A stretch of 64,000 nt of DNA from an uncultured Acidimicrobiaceae bacterium (GTDB taxonomy: Bacteria > Actinomycetota > Acidimicrobiia > Spongiisociales > UBA5794). The translations under genes and the position numbers were made by a program. The notes beneath the pieces are model-generated. The model was not told where the DNA came from. It made no database searches and worked only from the letters and a program-made list of their open reading frames with translations. Every line of letters starts with the position of its first letter. Within the stretch, counting starts at the first letter, position 1. The stretch lies in the NCBI GenBank assembly GCA_964460075.1, contig CAYWPC010000010.1, positions 3,102 to 67,101 on the forward strand, written 5' to 3'. Below, piece after piece: positions 9,440 through 19,501 of this stretch.

Positions 9440-11428
9440 TCAGCCGGAGTACACGCCGACCGTGAGGGTGATCGTTGTTCCCGGCTGCACCCACTCATCT
9501 CTCGCGGGGTCCTGGGCAAGGACGATGTTGTCGTTGGAGTGAGCATTGACGCTCTTGAGCTGCTTGGCAGCGAGCATGCCCTGATTCTCGAGAGCGGTGA
9601 GTGCCTGTTCCCAGGTCTTCCCGACCACTGAGCTCAACTGCACAGGACAATCAACCGGTTCCCCTGTGACCTCGCATGGATGGACAGTCCATTTCTCGGA
9701 CAGAGGTCGATACCGCCAGTCGAGGTTCAGGTCCGTCTCGGTGCGCCCGTCTGGATAGGTGACGATGCGATCGACGTGGATCTTGAAGCCGTCGATGCCG
9801 TTGCGTTCCTTCCTCTGTTCTCCAGGAGCGAGCTCGCCTTCTTCATCGGCGACGAATTCGACGGTGAACGGGACGATGTCCTCCTTTTCGCCAGCCACCG
9901 ACTCGCACGTGCGACCACCGTTGTCGCCATACATCTTGACCGTGATCGACGTTGGTGTATATGCAGTCTTGATGATGACCGGAAAATCGGTGTTGTTGCG
10001 AAACTTCACATCGGGTTTGGGGAATCCGAGCGTTGCTTCTCGGCCGGCTGGGTATCGCGTGAAAGACAGGGAGTGGGGGCGATGTTCGATGTCTTCGAGG
10101 CATGAGAAGAATACAGCGTTGAACAGTGTCGTTCCGAATTGGCTCACGCCGCCACCGATATTCGCAGGATTGTCGCAGCAATAGGGTTGACCGTTGATGA
10201 TTGCGGGAGCAGCGACGTATCCGCCCTGCTCCGTTCGCTTGCCGACGTGATCGTTTATCGACCACTCGTCGCCTGGGAGCACGATCGCTCCGTCGACATC
10301 GTCTGCCATCTGCTGGATGTTGATGACCCGAGGCTGGTTGGCCGGGTGCTCAGTTGTGAATCCAGCGAGCGGCTTGAGCGTGGTGAACGCCTGAGCGTCT
10401 TGTGTCGTGAATGCCGGTTCTGCCCCTACGAGTACAGGAAATTCACCCATTCCCGATCCCATGGCTGCCTGTTTCATCTCGTCCAGAAGCGCTTCTGTGT
10501 CGAGCAACGTCCCGTTTCGGCTCGGGATGATCGCAAACTCATCCGTTTCGAGGTCGATATCGAAGCGAGCATCGACAGGCTCGACCTCGTATTCGGGTCG
10601 TCGCACGTCGAGAATCTCGAGCACCCGGTCTTCGTCGAACGTGACCTCGATTGCGTCTCCCTGCGGCGTGACTTCCGCTCGTACAGCAGTCGTTAGCTGG
10701 TCGACGCTGAAGGTCGTTCTGAATGAGATCTCCGTCGCTCTCAACGTGATGGGCTGGGAGATCATCTGCTCCATCTCAGCTCGGGCAGCGTCGATTTGTT
10801 CATTGGTGAGCCCTGGGCTCTCGGCAATGACAGGTATATCGGCATCTGCCTTGTCGAGCGTCGACATCACGTCCTTGATGGTCGTGAATGCCGAGGGGCG
10901 ATCGATCGCTTCTCCCTCCCTTGGATATTCGGCAACCACGCCATGGTCGACGATCGTGAGGGAACCGTTGAACGCCGGATCCTGAATAGCTGCCGCCTCC
11001 CACGCATCGACTGCGACACCGATGGCGACGTCATCGAATGCAACACGAAGCGGAACACTGTTCGACGACGAGAACGACCGAATCCACGACACGAAATCTC
11101 CGATAAGCCCGTCAGAGCGCCCAATAGCGAATGCGGCATCGACAGCGGAGCGGACATCGGCCTTGAGCCCTATCGAGATCGGGCTCAACTTGAACACGAC
11201 GCCGTTGACGGTGAATACGCCTGTGCTCGACCGCAACTCGTTCTCGTATGCCGAAACTGCGAGGGATGCGTCGCTCAGGTTGAGCCCACCGACGGGTACG
11301 CCGGCGATGGTCACGTTTCGTTCGATTGTCTCTGAGGACGCAACCCGGTCTGCGACGTAGATGGCGAGAGGGAGCAGCAGGATTGCCAGGGGAACGACAA
11401 TGAATAAGGTTCTGCGTGGCGGCTTCAT
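9440..11428 (-). CDS. Membrane-anchored VanW-family protein with PG-binding-4-like region and C-terminal PASTA domain (paralog 1)
   Basis: N-terminal TM helix; VanW core (INIQQMAD...FSINDHVG-like, GGGVSQFGTTLFNA, RPHS, GREAT, DVKFRN); PASTA-like VVGKTWEQA...VLAQDP. Confidence 0.8.
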   Translation of the reverse strand: MKPPRRTLFIVVPLAILLLPLAIYVADRVASSETIERNVTIAGVPVGGLNLSDASLAVSAYENELRSSTGVFTVNGVVFKLSPISIGLKADVRSAVDAAFAIGRSDGLIGDFVSWIRSFSSSNSVPLRVAFDDVAIGVAVDAWEAAAIQDPAFNGSLTIVDHGVVAEYPREGEAIDRPSAFTTIKDVMSTLDKADADIPVIAESPGLTNEQIDAARAEMEQMISQPITLRATEISFRTTFSVDQLTTAVRAEVTPQGDAIEVTFDEDRVLEILDVRRPEYEVEPVDARFDIDLETDEFAIIPSRNGTLLDTEALLDEMKQAAMGSGMGEFPVLVGAEPAFTTQDAQAFTTLKPLAGFTTEHPANQPRVINIQQMADDVDGAIVLPGDEWSINDHVGKRTEQGGYVAAPAIINGQPYCCDNPANIGGGVSQFGTTLFNAVFFSCLEDIEHRPHSLSFTRYPAGREATLGFPKPDVKFRNNTDFPVIIKTAYTPTSITVKMYGDNGGRTCESVAGEKEDIVPFTVEFVADEEGELAPGEQRKERNGIDGFKIHVDRIVTYPDGRTETDLNLDWRYRPLSEKWTVHPCEVTGEPVDCPVQLSSVVGKTWEQALTALENQGMLAAKQLKSVNAHSNDNIVLAQDPARDEWVQPGTTITLTVGVYSG

Positions 11429-11528
11429 GAACGTTTCACGGTGGAGGAGCTGTGGACAGCAAGTGTAGGAAGGCGTACCGAGAATTCTGGGCACCTGCCG
11501 GTCCCGCGGCGCCAGGGATCAGGGACGT

Positions 11529-13589
11529 TTAGCCTCCGCCCGTGTAGTTGCCTACGACAATCGTGACGGTCCCCCCGAGATCTTGAAACTCGGCAGGGGT
11601 CACGGAGAGAACGATGCCGTCCTCAGCGACCTCGGTCGTGTCCTGGGGACTCACCTCGACGATGAATCCTGCTGCCGTCAAGATACTCGACGCGTCTGCC
11701 GTGGTGAGACCTGACACTGCAGGGATTGCAACGGGGCAGACGCCGTCGCCACCGACCCGTTCATCACATGCGTTGAGCAATATGACGTTCTTTGCGCCTC
11801 TGTACCGCCAGAAGAACTTCTCACGCTTTATCTCGTTGCCGTCAGCGTCGTAGAAGATGCGCCAGTTCGTGATGCTCCAGCCACCGGAGCCCTTCGACTT
11901 TATCTCTTCTTCCCCTGGGGCGACGACACCGTCGGGATCGACCTTGTACATGACGACCGGTGGCGTGAGGTTCGACCGTGCGGAGCGTTCGGTGCCACAG
12001 GTTTTTCCCTCTTGGTTACCGAAGAACGTCATGGTGATCGAATGTTCGGTGTAGGAGCCCTTGATGATGACAGGAGCGTTCGAGTCGTTTTCGAACGCGA
12101 CGTCCGGTTTGGGGTACCCGAGCGTCGCCTCTCGGCCTTCTGGGTACTTCGAGAAGTAGATGCTGTGAGGCTGACTTACGACATCCTTGTAGCACCCGAA
12201 ATAGATGGCGTTGAAGATCGTCGTACCGAACTGGCTCACACCTCCGCCGATGTTGACCGTGTCCTGCCCACACGCCAGCTCGCCGCTGACGATCGCGCAG
12301 TCGTATTTGAAGCCCTTCTCCAAGGTGCGCTGTCCGATGAATTCGTTGACGGAGAACGTTTCGCCCGGCCACACGATCGCGCCGTCAACGAGGTCCGCCA
12401 TCAGGCGGATGTTATCTGCACGGTTCCTGCCAGGCATGTAGGTGGTGAATTCGGACACCTCGTACAGATCCCCGTAGGCCTGGGCGTCTGCGGTCGTGAA
12501 GTCAGCCTCCGGCGTGAGATCGAGCGGTAAGAATCCCGTACCATCGCCGAGCGCCGCCTTCTCGACTGCAGCGAACACGTCGTCGACGTTGACCGACGTT
12601 CCAGACAACGACGGCACGAGTTCGATCGTGTCGTTGAGCGGGAGACCGTCAACGCCCGGTGGCCGTGGCGGGTCTGGGATCTCGAAGTTCTCGTTCCACG
12701 GTTCTGTGTCGTCGACGAGGACGATGTCCCAGCGAGCATCCGTTGGTGGTACCTCGAGACTGCTCCTCGCCCGTTCGATGAGTGGTGCAATGACAGACCG
12801 ATCGATGGAGAACTCGAAGTCGGCGCTGCCGTTGGTTGCAACCTTCACGTTGAGCGAGCGGGCTGTGTTGAACGAGTTGACCGCGAAGGTGAATCCGTAG
12901 GTGTCATTGACGAGTTCGACACCCCTGGTGATGATCGACTCTGCTCGTTGGGCCGCAGCGTCGATGTCGGCACGCGTGTGCACAGGAGTCGTTATCGCAG
13001 TCGGAAGCACGATCGTCTTCGCTGACCCTGCCACGAGTGCCGCCTTGATCAGGTCTATCGACACCTTGCGGTCGAGAGCCTCACCGGTCGTGGGGTACTT
13101 CGTGACAGCTCGCTGATTGAGAATGTCGATGGCGCCTTCGAACGCGGGATTCGGTATGGCTGTCTGCTCCCACTGGGTGAATAGGTCGTCGAGAAGGTCC
13201 TCGTCGATGGATGCGGTCACCGGCACGTCGACCTCGTCGGAGAATGCCTTCAACCAATCGGTTACGCCGTTCTTGTATTGCTCCATTGCGAGGGAGACTG
13301 CCGCCTCGGTGTCGAAGGTGAGGTTGACCTCGTCTGGTCGCAGCATGAACGTGGTGCCGTTCACTTCGATGATCGCGGTGTTGGCAAGAAGATCCGCCGT
13401 GTATGCGTCGACTGCGGCGGTGGCCTCGGCCTCTGTGTATCTGGCGACGTCGATACCGGAAATCGAAACATTTCGAGCGACCTTATCTGAGGCGGACGCG
13501 CTGTCCATGAAATAGACGGTCAAGGGCAGGAGCAGTATCAACGCTGGAACCGCGATGAGGAGAAGTATTCTTGATTTCGGGGTTGCCAT
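11529..13589 (-). CDS. Membrane-anchored VanW-family protein with C-terminal PASTA domain (paralog 2)
   Basis: Same architecture: GGGVSQFGTTIFNA, PHS, GREATLG, DVAFEN; PASTA IPAVSGLTTADA. Alternative GTG start at 13601. Confidence 0.8.
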   Translation of the reverse strand: MATPKSRILLLIAVPALILLLPLTVYFMDSASASDKVARNVSISGIDVARYTEAEATAAVDAYTADLLANTAIIEVNGTTFMLRPDEVNLTFDTEAAVSLAMEQYKNGVTDWLKAFSDEVDVPVTASIDEDLLDDLFTQWEQTAIPNPAFEGAIDILNQRAVTKYPTTGEALDRKVSIDLIKAALVAGSAKTIVLPTAITTPVHTRADIDAAAQRAESIITRGVELVNDTYGFTFAVNSFNTARSLNVKVATNGSADFEFSIDRSVIAPLIERARSSLEVPPTDARWDIVLVDDTEPWNENFEIPDPPRPPGVDGLPLNDTIELVPSLSGTSVNVDDVFAAVEKAALGDGTGFLPLDLTPEADFTTADAQAYGDLYEVSEFTTYMPGRNRADNIRLMADLVDGAIVWPGETFSVNEFIGQRTLEKGFKYDCAIVSGELACGQDTVNIGGGVSQFGTTIFNAIYFGCYKDVVSQPHSIYFSKYPEGREATLGYPKPDVAFENDSNAPVIIKGSYTEHSITMTFFGNQEGKTCGTERSARSNLTPPVVMYKVDPDGVVAPGEEEIKSKGSGGWSITNWRIFYDADGNEIKREKFFWRYRGAKNVILLNACDERVGGDGVCPVAIPAVSGLTTADASSILTAAGFIVEVSPQDTTEVAEDGIVLSVTPAEFQDLGGTVTIVVGNYTGGG

Positions 13590-13691
13590 CTCGTGCTCCA
13601 CAGAGTTCGCTTTGGCGGCGTGGCGCGAGTATATGTGTCGGCTTCAGATAGGCGTTCCCTTTCCGAGCATGACGCACGATACGATGTCGAT

Positions 13692-14462
13692 GTGACGGCA
13701 TTCGACGAACTTGGCCCAGGCGAGGCGCTCCCCGTCTCCGCGACGCTGTATGTGACGTATCTCCGTTGTCCTCAACAGGCCCTTGCACGGCTTCAAGGCG
13801 TGTACGCCCGGACCACGAGAGCGTCTTTCAAAGGCATCCTCGCACATCGAATCTTTGCTCACCATCTCGAAGAAGGGCCAATCGATCAGCACGACTTCGA
13901 GCAGGTATGTCGGCGAGAGGCCGGTGCACATCTCGGTGAGATGATGGCTTCGCTTGGCATGAAACCGTCCGAGTTTCGGGTAATGGTTGGCGAGATCGCC
14001 GAGTTGTACGAGCGATTCAATGCCGTGCCGATGGATGGATTCGTCGAGGCGGAGAAGTCGATGGAAGCCGAGCCGGTGGCGGGTGTACGTTTGCGTGGGA
14101 GGGTGGACGCAGTGTTCAACGACGCAGGGTCTGTGCGCATCGTCGACTGGAAGACGGGTTCGAACATTGGAGGTGCAGAGCCCCAGCTCGACTTCTACGC
14201 GATGATGTGGAACGAGGCGTTTGGATCGCCGCCGCAGTCGCTCGAGGCCTTGTCGATCAGAACGGGCGAGAAGATCGTCACGAGGCCAAGCAATGACGAC
14301 ATCGAGCGCGTTCAGCGCGATGTCGCATTGATGATTGCCGAGCTTCGATCGGCAATCAAGGAACATCGTGAACTGCCTCGAAGGGCAGGGCCTCTCTGTT
14401 CGTGGTGCCCGCTGCTCGACGACTGCTCAGAGGGATCAGCTGCTGTGTCAATCTTGACATAG
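13692..14462 (+). CDS. PD-(D/E)XK (RecB/Cas4-like) nuclease
   Basis: RCP...GILAH...RGRVDAV...IVDWKTG...QLDFYA...CSWCPLLDDC. GTG start preceded by TACGAT-N6. Confidence 0.85.
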   Translation: MTAFDELGPGEALPVSATLYVTYLRCPQQALARLQGVYARTTRASFKGILAHRIFAHHLEEGPIDQHDFEQVCRREAGAHLGEMMASLGMKPSEFRVMVGEIAELYERFNAVPMDGFVEAEKSMEAEPVAGVRLRGRVDAVFNDAGSVRIVDWKTGSNIGGAEPQLDFYAMMWNEAFGSPPQSLEALSIRTGEKIVTRPSNDDIERVQRDVALMIAELRSAIKEHRELPRRAGPLCSWCPLLDDCSEGSAAVSILT

Positions 14463-14556
14463 ATCGCCACCTGAGGTTGCGTGGCACGACGCTCTTGGTG
14501 GTGTGCACCTTCAGCTGGCGCACAGTACGACCCGTACGTGCGCCATACTCGCCGTC

Positions 14557-15408
14557 ATGCCCCACACGATCCTCGCCCTCCACGCGCATCCAGACGATGA
14601 GTCCTCGAAGGGCGCAGGCACGGTCGCCCGCCTGGTCGACGAGGGTGTTCGGGCTGTGCTCGTCACGGCCACGGGTGGAGAAGCTGGTGACATCCTCAAC
14701 GCCGCAATGGATCATCCAAACATTGCGAGCAGGCTCCCTGAGATACGCACGCGCGAACTGATGGAGGCAGCCAAGACCATCGGATACGACGAGGTCGTCA
14801 TGCTGGGATACCGCGACTCTGGCATGCCCGATTCGGCAGACAACAGGCGACCGGACGCTTTCTGCAATCAAAGCCTCGAATCCGTTCTCGGCAAAGTGGT
14901 CGAAGTCATCCGCCGCGAGAAGCCGGCAGTGGTTCTGGGGTATGACTCCCACGAGTTCTACCCGCACCCCGATCATCTCCGCATCCATGAGCTCACGCTG
15001 GAATTGGTTGCAGCAGCGGCAAGTCCTGACCGCTATCGCGAGGCGGGGGATCCGTGGCAGATCGAAAAGCTGTATGCCCCTGTGTTCTCAGGCGAACGGA
15101 TTCGGGCACTGCACGAGGCGATGATTGAGAGGACAGGTGAGTCACCGTTCGGAGCGTGGCTCGAACGTGTTGCCGATTACAACGTCCCTGAGAGAAGGCT
15201 CATGCGATTCGACGTGACGGGATACACCGAGACGGCAAGAGACGCACTGCGTTCCCACCGCACGCAGGTCGACCCTGACGGGTTCTGGTTCGCGGTTCCG
15301 ACCGAGGTCGTAGAAGTCGTGTATCCATGGGAGGACTTCGAGGTGCTCTATACGAGAGGCGTATGGGATCCCCTTGAAACCCACCTGTTCTCCGGTCTAG
15401 AAGCGTGA
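14557..15408 (+). CDS. mca: Mycothiol S-conjugate amidase (PIG-L family)
   Basis: HAHPDDESSKGA, TGGEAGDILN, GYRDSG, YPHPDH and HRTQVDPDGFWF match Mca. Confidence 0.8.
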   Translation: MPHTILALHAHPDDESSKGAGTVARLVDEGVRAVLVTATGGEAGDILNAAMDHPNIASRLPEIRTRELMEAAKTIGYDEVVMLGYRDSGMPDSADNRRPDAFCNQSLESVLGKVVEVIRREKPAVVLGYDSHEFYPHPDHLRIHELTLELVAAAASPDRYREAGDPWQIEKLYAPVFSGERIRALHEAMIERTGESPFGAWLERVADYNVPERRLMRFDVTGYTETARDALRSHRTQVDPDGFWFAVPTEVVEVVYPWEDFEVLYTRGVWDPLETHLFSGLEA

Positions 15409-15448
15409 ATCAGACCCGCAACGACCAAGATCTGCTGGAATCTCTGTA

Positions 15449-16744
15449 GTGGATTCCGTACATGCCCTTCGTCACGCGTTTCATGAGGTGCCTGACGTTC
15501 TGCTGAACAGCGACTGTCAGGCGGTCCTGAGGGATGCGCTGGTATCGCTCGACGTGATCGATGACGGGATAAGTGGCGACGCACTCGTGGTGTTCGTCGG
15601 TCCGTCCGGTTCCGGGCGCTCCTTCGTGTTCAATAGGTTCGTCGGCATGGCCGCCTCAGCTGAGGGGCTCATCCGGCCCACGACGTTGCAGCCGGTTGTG
15701 TCTGGGTCCCGGCCGCACACCCTCAGAGACTTCGATGGCCGTTTCGTCGTTGCACCTGATGCGCCGTCTGGCCTCGTCTGCATTGACACGCCGAGTTGGG
15801 AACACCAGCCGGAAGGTGTCATGTCAGCCCTTGTACATGCTGACCGTGTGGTTGTTGTCGTGTCTCCCGGCCGGTACGCGGACGCGTCGGTTGCTTCCCT
15901 CTGGAGCGAAGTATCAGACCGCGACGCCCTCGTGGTCCTCAATCGCGCTCCCGTGGACTCGATGGATCTGGCGAACCTCGTCACCTCGGTGCGCGCAGTG
16001 TTCAACGTAGAGCCGCTCGTCGTCCCTGAGGGAGCCACCGACGGAGCGCATCTTCGAGACGAGCTGGCTGCTGGTGTAGCAGCCAATCCGGAGAGATCCT
16101 CAAAAGCGATCATGGCTCGGTCCGCAATATCAGCTGCGCGCTATATTGCCGGCGCTGTCACGAAGGGTGGAGGGGAGATCGGTGTGGTGCGCGACGCCGT
16201 TGGTCGCATGGTCGGCATTGACAGGGCAATGGCGGGTCTTTCGGTCCACGACACATGGGTTGCAACTCGCCAAGCCCTTCTTGACAAGGTGGCCAAGCAC
16301 ATTCGTGACAGCGACAACGATGTCGTAGCGACCTGCGCGTCGCCGTTTGCTCGACAGATCCTGGAGCGTCTCGGACCATGGGACGACTCGGCGTTGCGTC
16401 ACGACCTCGATGTGTGGCGGGATCGCTGCAGCGTCCACCATTGTGAGGCCGCATCGATCAGATGGCGTCGTGGGTCAGCGGAGCAACTCATCGACCACCT
16501 CAGCTGGAAGTCGGCGATCAACGGTGACGTGGTCCTTCCGAGGCGATACCTTCGGACAATGGGGAAGCACAGGCTTGGCGTAGTGACGTCTGCCCGCGAT
16601 GACCTCCTCGGCGTCGTCTCAGGGTTCGTCGAGGGGCGTCGTGTTGCATGGCTCGACACGTTGACAGAGATTGGTCAATATCAGCCGGGCGCCCTGCTCG
16701 CAGCCGCAGAGCTGCTGAATGTCGACTGGCAACTCGATGCCTGA
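15449..16744 (+). CDS. Dynamin-like/Era-type GTPase-domain protein with degenerate P-loop
   Basis: GPSGSGRS (K to R), IRPTT, IDTP, RYAD and VVLNR correspond to G1-G4-like motifs; helical C-terminus. Confidence 0.6.
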   Translation: MDSVHALRHAFHEVPDVLLNSDCQAVLRDALVSLDVIDDGISGDALVVFVGPSGSGRSFVFNRFVGMAASAEGLIRPTTLQPVVSGSRPHTLRDFDGRFVVAPDAPSGLVCIDTPSWEHQPEGVMSALVHADRVVVVVSPGRYADASVASLWSEVSDRDALVVLNRAPVDSMDLANLVTSVRAVFNVEPLVVPEGATDGAHLRDELAAGVAANPERSSKAIMARSAISAARYIAGAVTKGGGEIGVVRDAVGRMVGIDRAMAGLSVHDTWVATRQALLDKVAKHIRDSDNDVVATCASPFARQILERLGPWDDSALRHDLDVWRDRCSVHHCEAASIRWRRGSAEQLIDHLSWKSAINGDVVLPRRYLRTMGKHRLGVVTSARDDLLGVVSGFVEGRRVAWLDTLTEIGQYQPGALLAAAELLNVDWQLDA

Positions 16745-17642
16745 TCTGATCCAACTACTCGACCTGGCTGATGTAGCCGTTGCTCGCTCGGAGGGCGTGC
16801 TCGATGGGGAGGACCGCCGCTCGATCGCGCACATCGCGAGACGTGTGCGACGTAGGACAGGGTTTCTCGGGGAGTACCTCGTCGTGGCGCTCGCCGGTGG
16901 GACTGGGTCGGGGAAGTCGTCTCTCCTCAACGCGCTGGTGTCGGCACAGGTCGTGGACGTTGGCGTCGTACGACCGACAACGAGCGCTGCCGTTGCAGTC
17001 ATTCCTCAAGATGGCGACGTTGATCTCAGCGCGCTGATTGCAGATCTCTCCATCGAGAAGGTCGTGCGCTCCGAGCATGTCGCATCGACGGTGTTCGTGG
17101 ACCTGCCAGACTTCGACAGCATCGAGGCAGCACACCGCCACATCGTTGAACGGGTGCTGCCAAGAGTCGACGCCGTGGTGTGGGTGTTTCACCCAGAGAA
17201 ATACGCGGATCCCTCCGTGCATCGCGAGTTCCTGCAACAGCTCGTCGCGTACCGCGACCAGTTCATCTTCGTGTTGAACCACCGAGATCGTCTTGGCTCG
17301 CACGCTGCCACTGTTGCGACGAGCCTCAAAGTTCTCCTCGAGCGGGATGGGTACCTTGGAGCTGAGGTGGTGTGCACAGTCGCGTCCGGATCGCTCGATG
17401 TCGCCCATCTCGAGGATGCGCTCAGCGGCCGCTTCGATCTGAAGGCGACGGCGCTGACGAAAGCAGCCTTGGACCTTCGCTCTGTGGCGCAGGATGCATG
17501 GAAGGCCTGCAGAGAGGCTGTCCGATGCGCGGTCGATGACGAAGCGGCAGACCGTGCTGCGCTTACAGCCGCCACGTTCGTATCGTTGGGCGTCGAGGCG
17601 TACGCATTTCATCAGTCGATAGCGAGGGATCATCGTGGGTGA
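16737..17642 (+). CDS. Dynamin-like/MMR_HSR1 GTPase
   Basis: GGTGSGKSSLLNAL, VRPTT, DLPDFDS, PEKYAD and FVLNHRD motifs; overlaps the previous gene. Confidence 0.8.
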   Translation: MPDLIQLLDLADVAVARSEGVLDGEDRRSIAHIARRVRRRTGFLGEYLVVALAGGTGSGKSSLLNALVSAQVVDVGVVRPTTSAAVAVIPQDGDVDLSALIADLSIEKVVRSEHVASTVFVDLPDFDSIEAAHRHIVERVLPRVDAVVWVFHPEKYADPSVHREFLQQLVAYRDQFIFVLNHRDRLGSHAATVATSLKVLLERDGYLGAEVVCTVASGSLDVAHLEDALSGRFDLKATALTKAALDLRSVAQDAWKACREAVRCAVDDEAADRAALTAATFVSLGVEAYAFHQSIARDHRG

Positions 17643-18531
17643 AGCGATCAGTAACTTCCTATCTGAAATATGGAACGACAAGGGTTCCGAGATGGCCGTC
17701 ACGCTCGGCACGATCATTGGCGCCATCATTCTCCTTGCGATCGTTCGAAGGTTCCTCGACCGCTGGAACGCACGAATCGACGCCAAACTGACCTCATCGG
17801 AAGCTCAGGCTGACAGAGAGCGTGGGCAACGGCTCGCCACGCTCACCGACGTCGTCAAGATCATCGCCAGCATCATCGTGTGGTTTGTCGTGGTGCTCAC
17901 GATCATGGGCATCTGGGGGATGCCGATGTCACCCCTGATCGCCATAGGTACGACCGTCGGCCTCGCTGTTGGTTTCGGGGCCCAGGACCTCGTGCGAGAT
18001 GTGATCGCCGGGTTCTTGATACTGCTCGAGAACCAGTACTCGATCGGCGATGTGGTGACGATCGCCGAGGTCTCTGGAACGGTCGAATCGATCAAGCTGC
18101 GCACGACGGTGCTCCGAGATCTCGAAGGCAACGTCCACCATGTACCGAATGGGCAGATCCAGGTTGCTTCGAACAGGACGCCCGACTTCGCCAGATACGT
18201 GGCCGACATCCCCGTCTCGTACGATACGGATATTGATCACGCAATGGAAGTGATGCTCGACGAAGCCAAAACATTGGCGGAAGATCCGAAGTGGCGCAAG
18301 AAGTTCCTGAAGGAGCCAGAGATGTTCGGCGTCAACGAGCTCGCTGACTCGTCTGTGGTGATTCGTCTCGTGATGACGCTCGCACCTGAGGAGCGGTGGG
18401 CCGTCAAACGTGAGTTCCTCAAGCGTGTGAAGTCGAGACTCGACGACGAGGGCATCGAGATCCCGTTCGGGTATCTGAACGTGATTGTGCAGTCACCTGC
18501 AAGCGAAATCAGTCAGGCCAAGGCCGACTAG
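17635..18531 (+). CDS. mscS: Small-conductance mechanosensitive channel
   Basis: GLAVGFGAQDLVRDVIAGFLIL, YSIGDVV, GTVESIKLRTT and VPNGQI motifs. Confidence 0.9.
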   Translation: MGEAISNFLSEIWNDKGSEMAVTLGTIIGAIILLAIVRRFLDRWNARIDAKLTSSEAQADRERGQRLATLTDVVKIIASIIVWFVVVLTIMGIWGMPMSPLIAIGTTVGLAVGFGAQDLVRDVIAGFLILLENQYSIGDVVTIAEVSGTVESIKLRTTVLRDLEGNVHHVPNGQIQVASNRTPDFARYVADIPVSYDTDIDHAMEVMLDEAKTLAEDPKWRKKFLKEPEMFGVNELADSSVVIRLVMTLAPEERWAVKREFLKRVKSRLDDEGIEIPFGYLNVIVQSPASEISQAKAD

Positions 18532-18532
18532 G

Positions 18533-19456
18533 TCAGCTTCGCCCGGGTCTTAGCACCAAGATGGCGTCGTCATGTGGCACCACCTCGAGGTGGTACGCGT
18601 AGCCGAGGAGCTCCCCGTCAGCCTGGAACGGGGTCTTCGGCTCTGCGTCCACAACGAGATGTTCATAGTCGGTCCACAGATGGGTGCCCGTCGCTTCACG
18701 GTGCCTCCTACGAAGAACCGCTCGACCGAAGATCTCGGCTGCCTTCCTCACGCCAAGATTGTTGGCCGCAAGCGTCGCGATGCCGACCGGCGGATCCGGT
18801 GTGAGGTGCAGGGGTACTCGGCCGAAGTAGGTGTACGGGTTGTGTACCTGGGTCATCGCGACCACGGCATCGAAACGTTCTCCGTCACATTCGATGCGCA
18901 GATTCGGTATCTCGGTTCGCCAACTCGACACAAGGCGTGTCATCGCGGTAGTGGCGTAGTGCACGCCTCCGAAGCGCGACTTGGCGAATGGTCGTGCCTC
19001 GGCGATCTTGACGATGTCTGCGTCGAATCCCATGCCGAGGGAGAACGTTGCGTATCGCCTGATGAGCCCGTGGTCCGTCTCGGCCTCGACGCGGACCATC
19101 CTCGTCGGCGTCGGGACCAACGTTGCTGCTACATCCGCGGCGACTCGCGGCTTCATCGGAACGCCGAGTATTCGTGCGAGGACGTTCGTCGTCCCTGCAG
19201 GTATGAGACCGAGTGCGGTTCGCGACCCAACGAGTGCGTTCGCGACGTGGTGTGCAACGCCGTCGCCTCCCATGGCGAACACGATGTCAATCTCAGAGGC
19301 CGCAGCTTCCCGTGTGGTGACGCCTGTTTGAAGTGCAGAGACAGGCCACGCCGTGGTGAGGTCAAAATCCGACTTGAGGGAGGCAACAACCTGGCGATAG
19401 AGGCCGCCGGTGAACTGCGACGCGGAAGGATTCGCGATCAGAAGGGCCGTCGGCAT
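18533..19456 (-). CDS. Diacylglycerol kinase family lipid kinase
   Basis: IANPSA, MGGDGVAHHV, IPAGTTNVLAR and FQADGE motifs; leaderless TAGGCT-N6-ATG. Confidence 0.88.
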   Translation of the reverse strand: MPTALLIANPSASQFTGGLYRQVVASLKSDFDLTTAWPVSALQTGVTTREAAASEIDIVFAMGGDGVAHHVANALVGSRTALGLIPAGTTNVLARILGVPMKPRVAADVAATLVPTPTRMVRVEAETDHGLIRRYATFSLGMGFDADIVKIAEARPFAKSRFGGVHYATTAMTRLVSSWRTEIPNLRIECDGERFDAVVAMTQVHNPYTYFGRVPLHLTPDPPVGIATLAANNLGVRKAAEIFGRAVLRRRHREATGTHLWTDYEHLVVDAEPKTPFQADGELLGYAYHLEVVPHDDAILVLRPGRS

Positions 19457-19501
19457 GGTGTAAGCCTACGCACCAGATCGTCCCCAACCTGCGTCGGGAT
19501 G

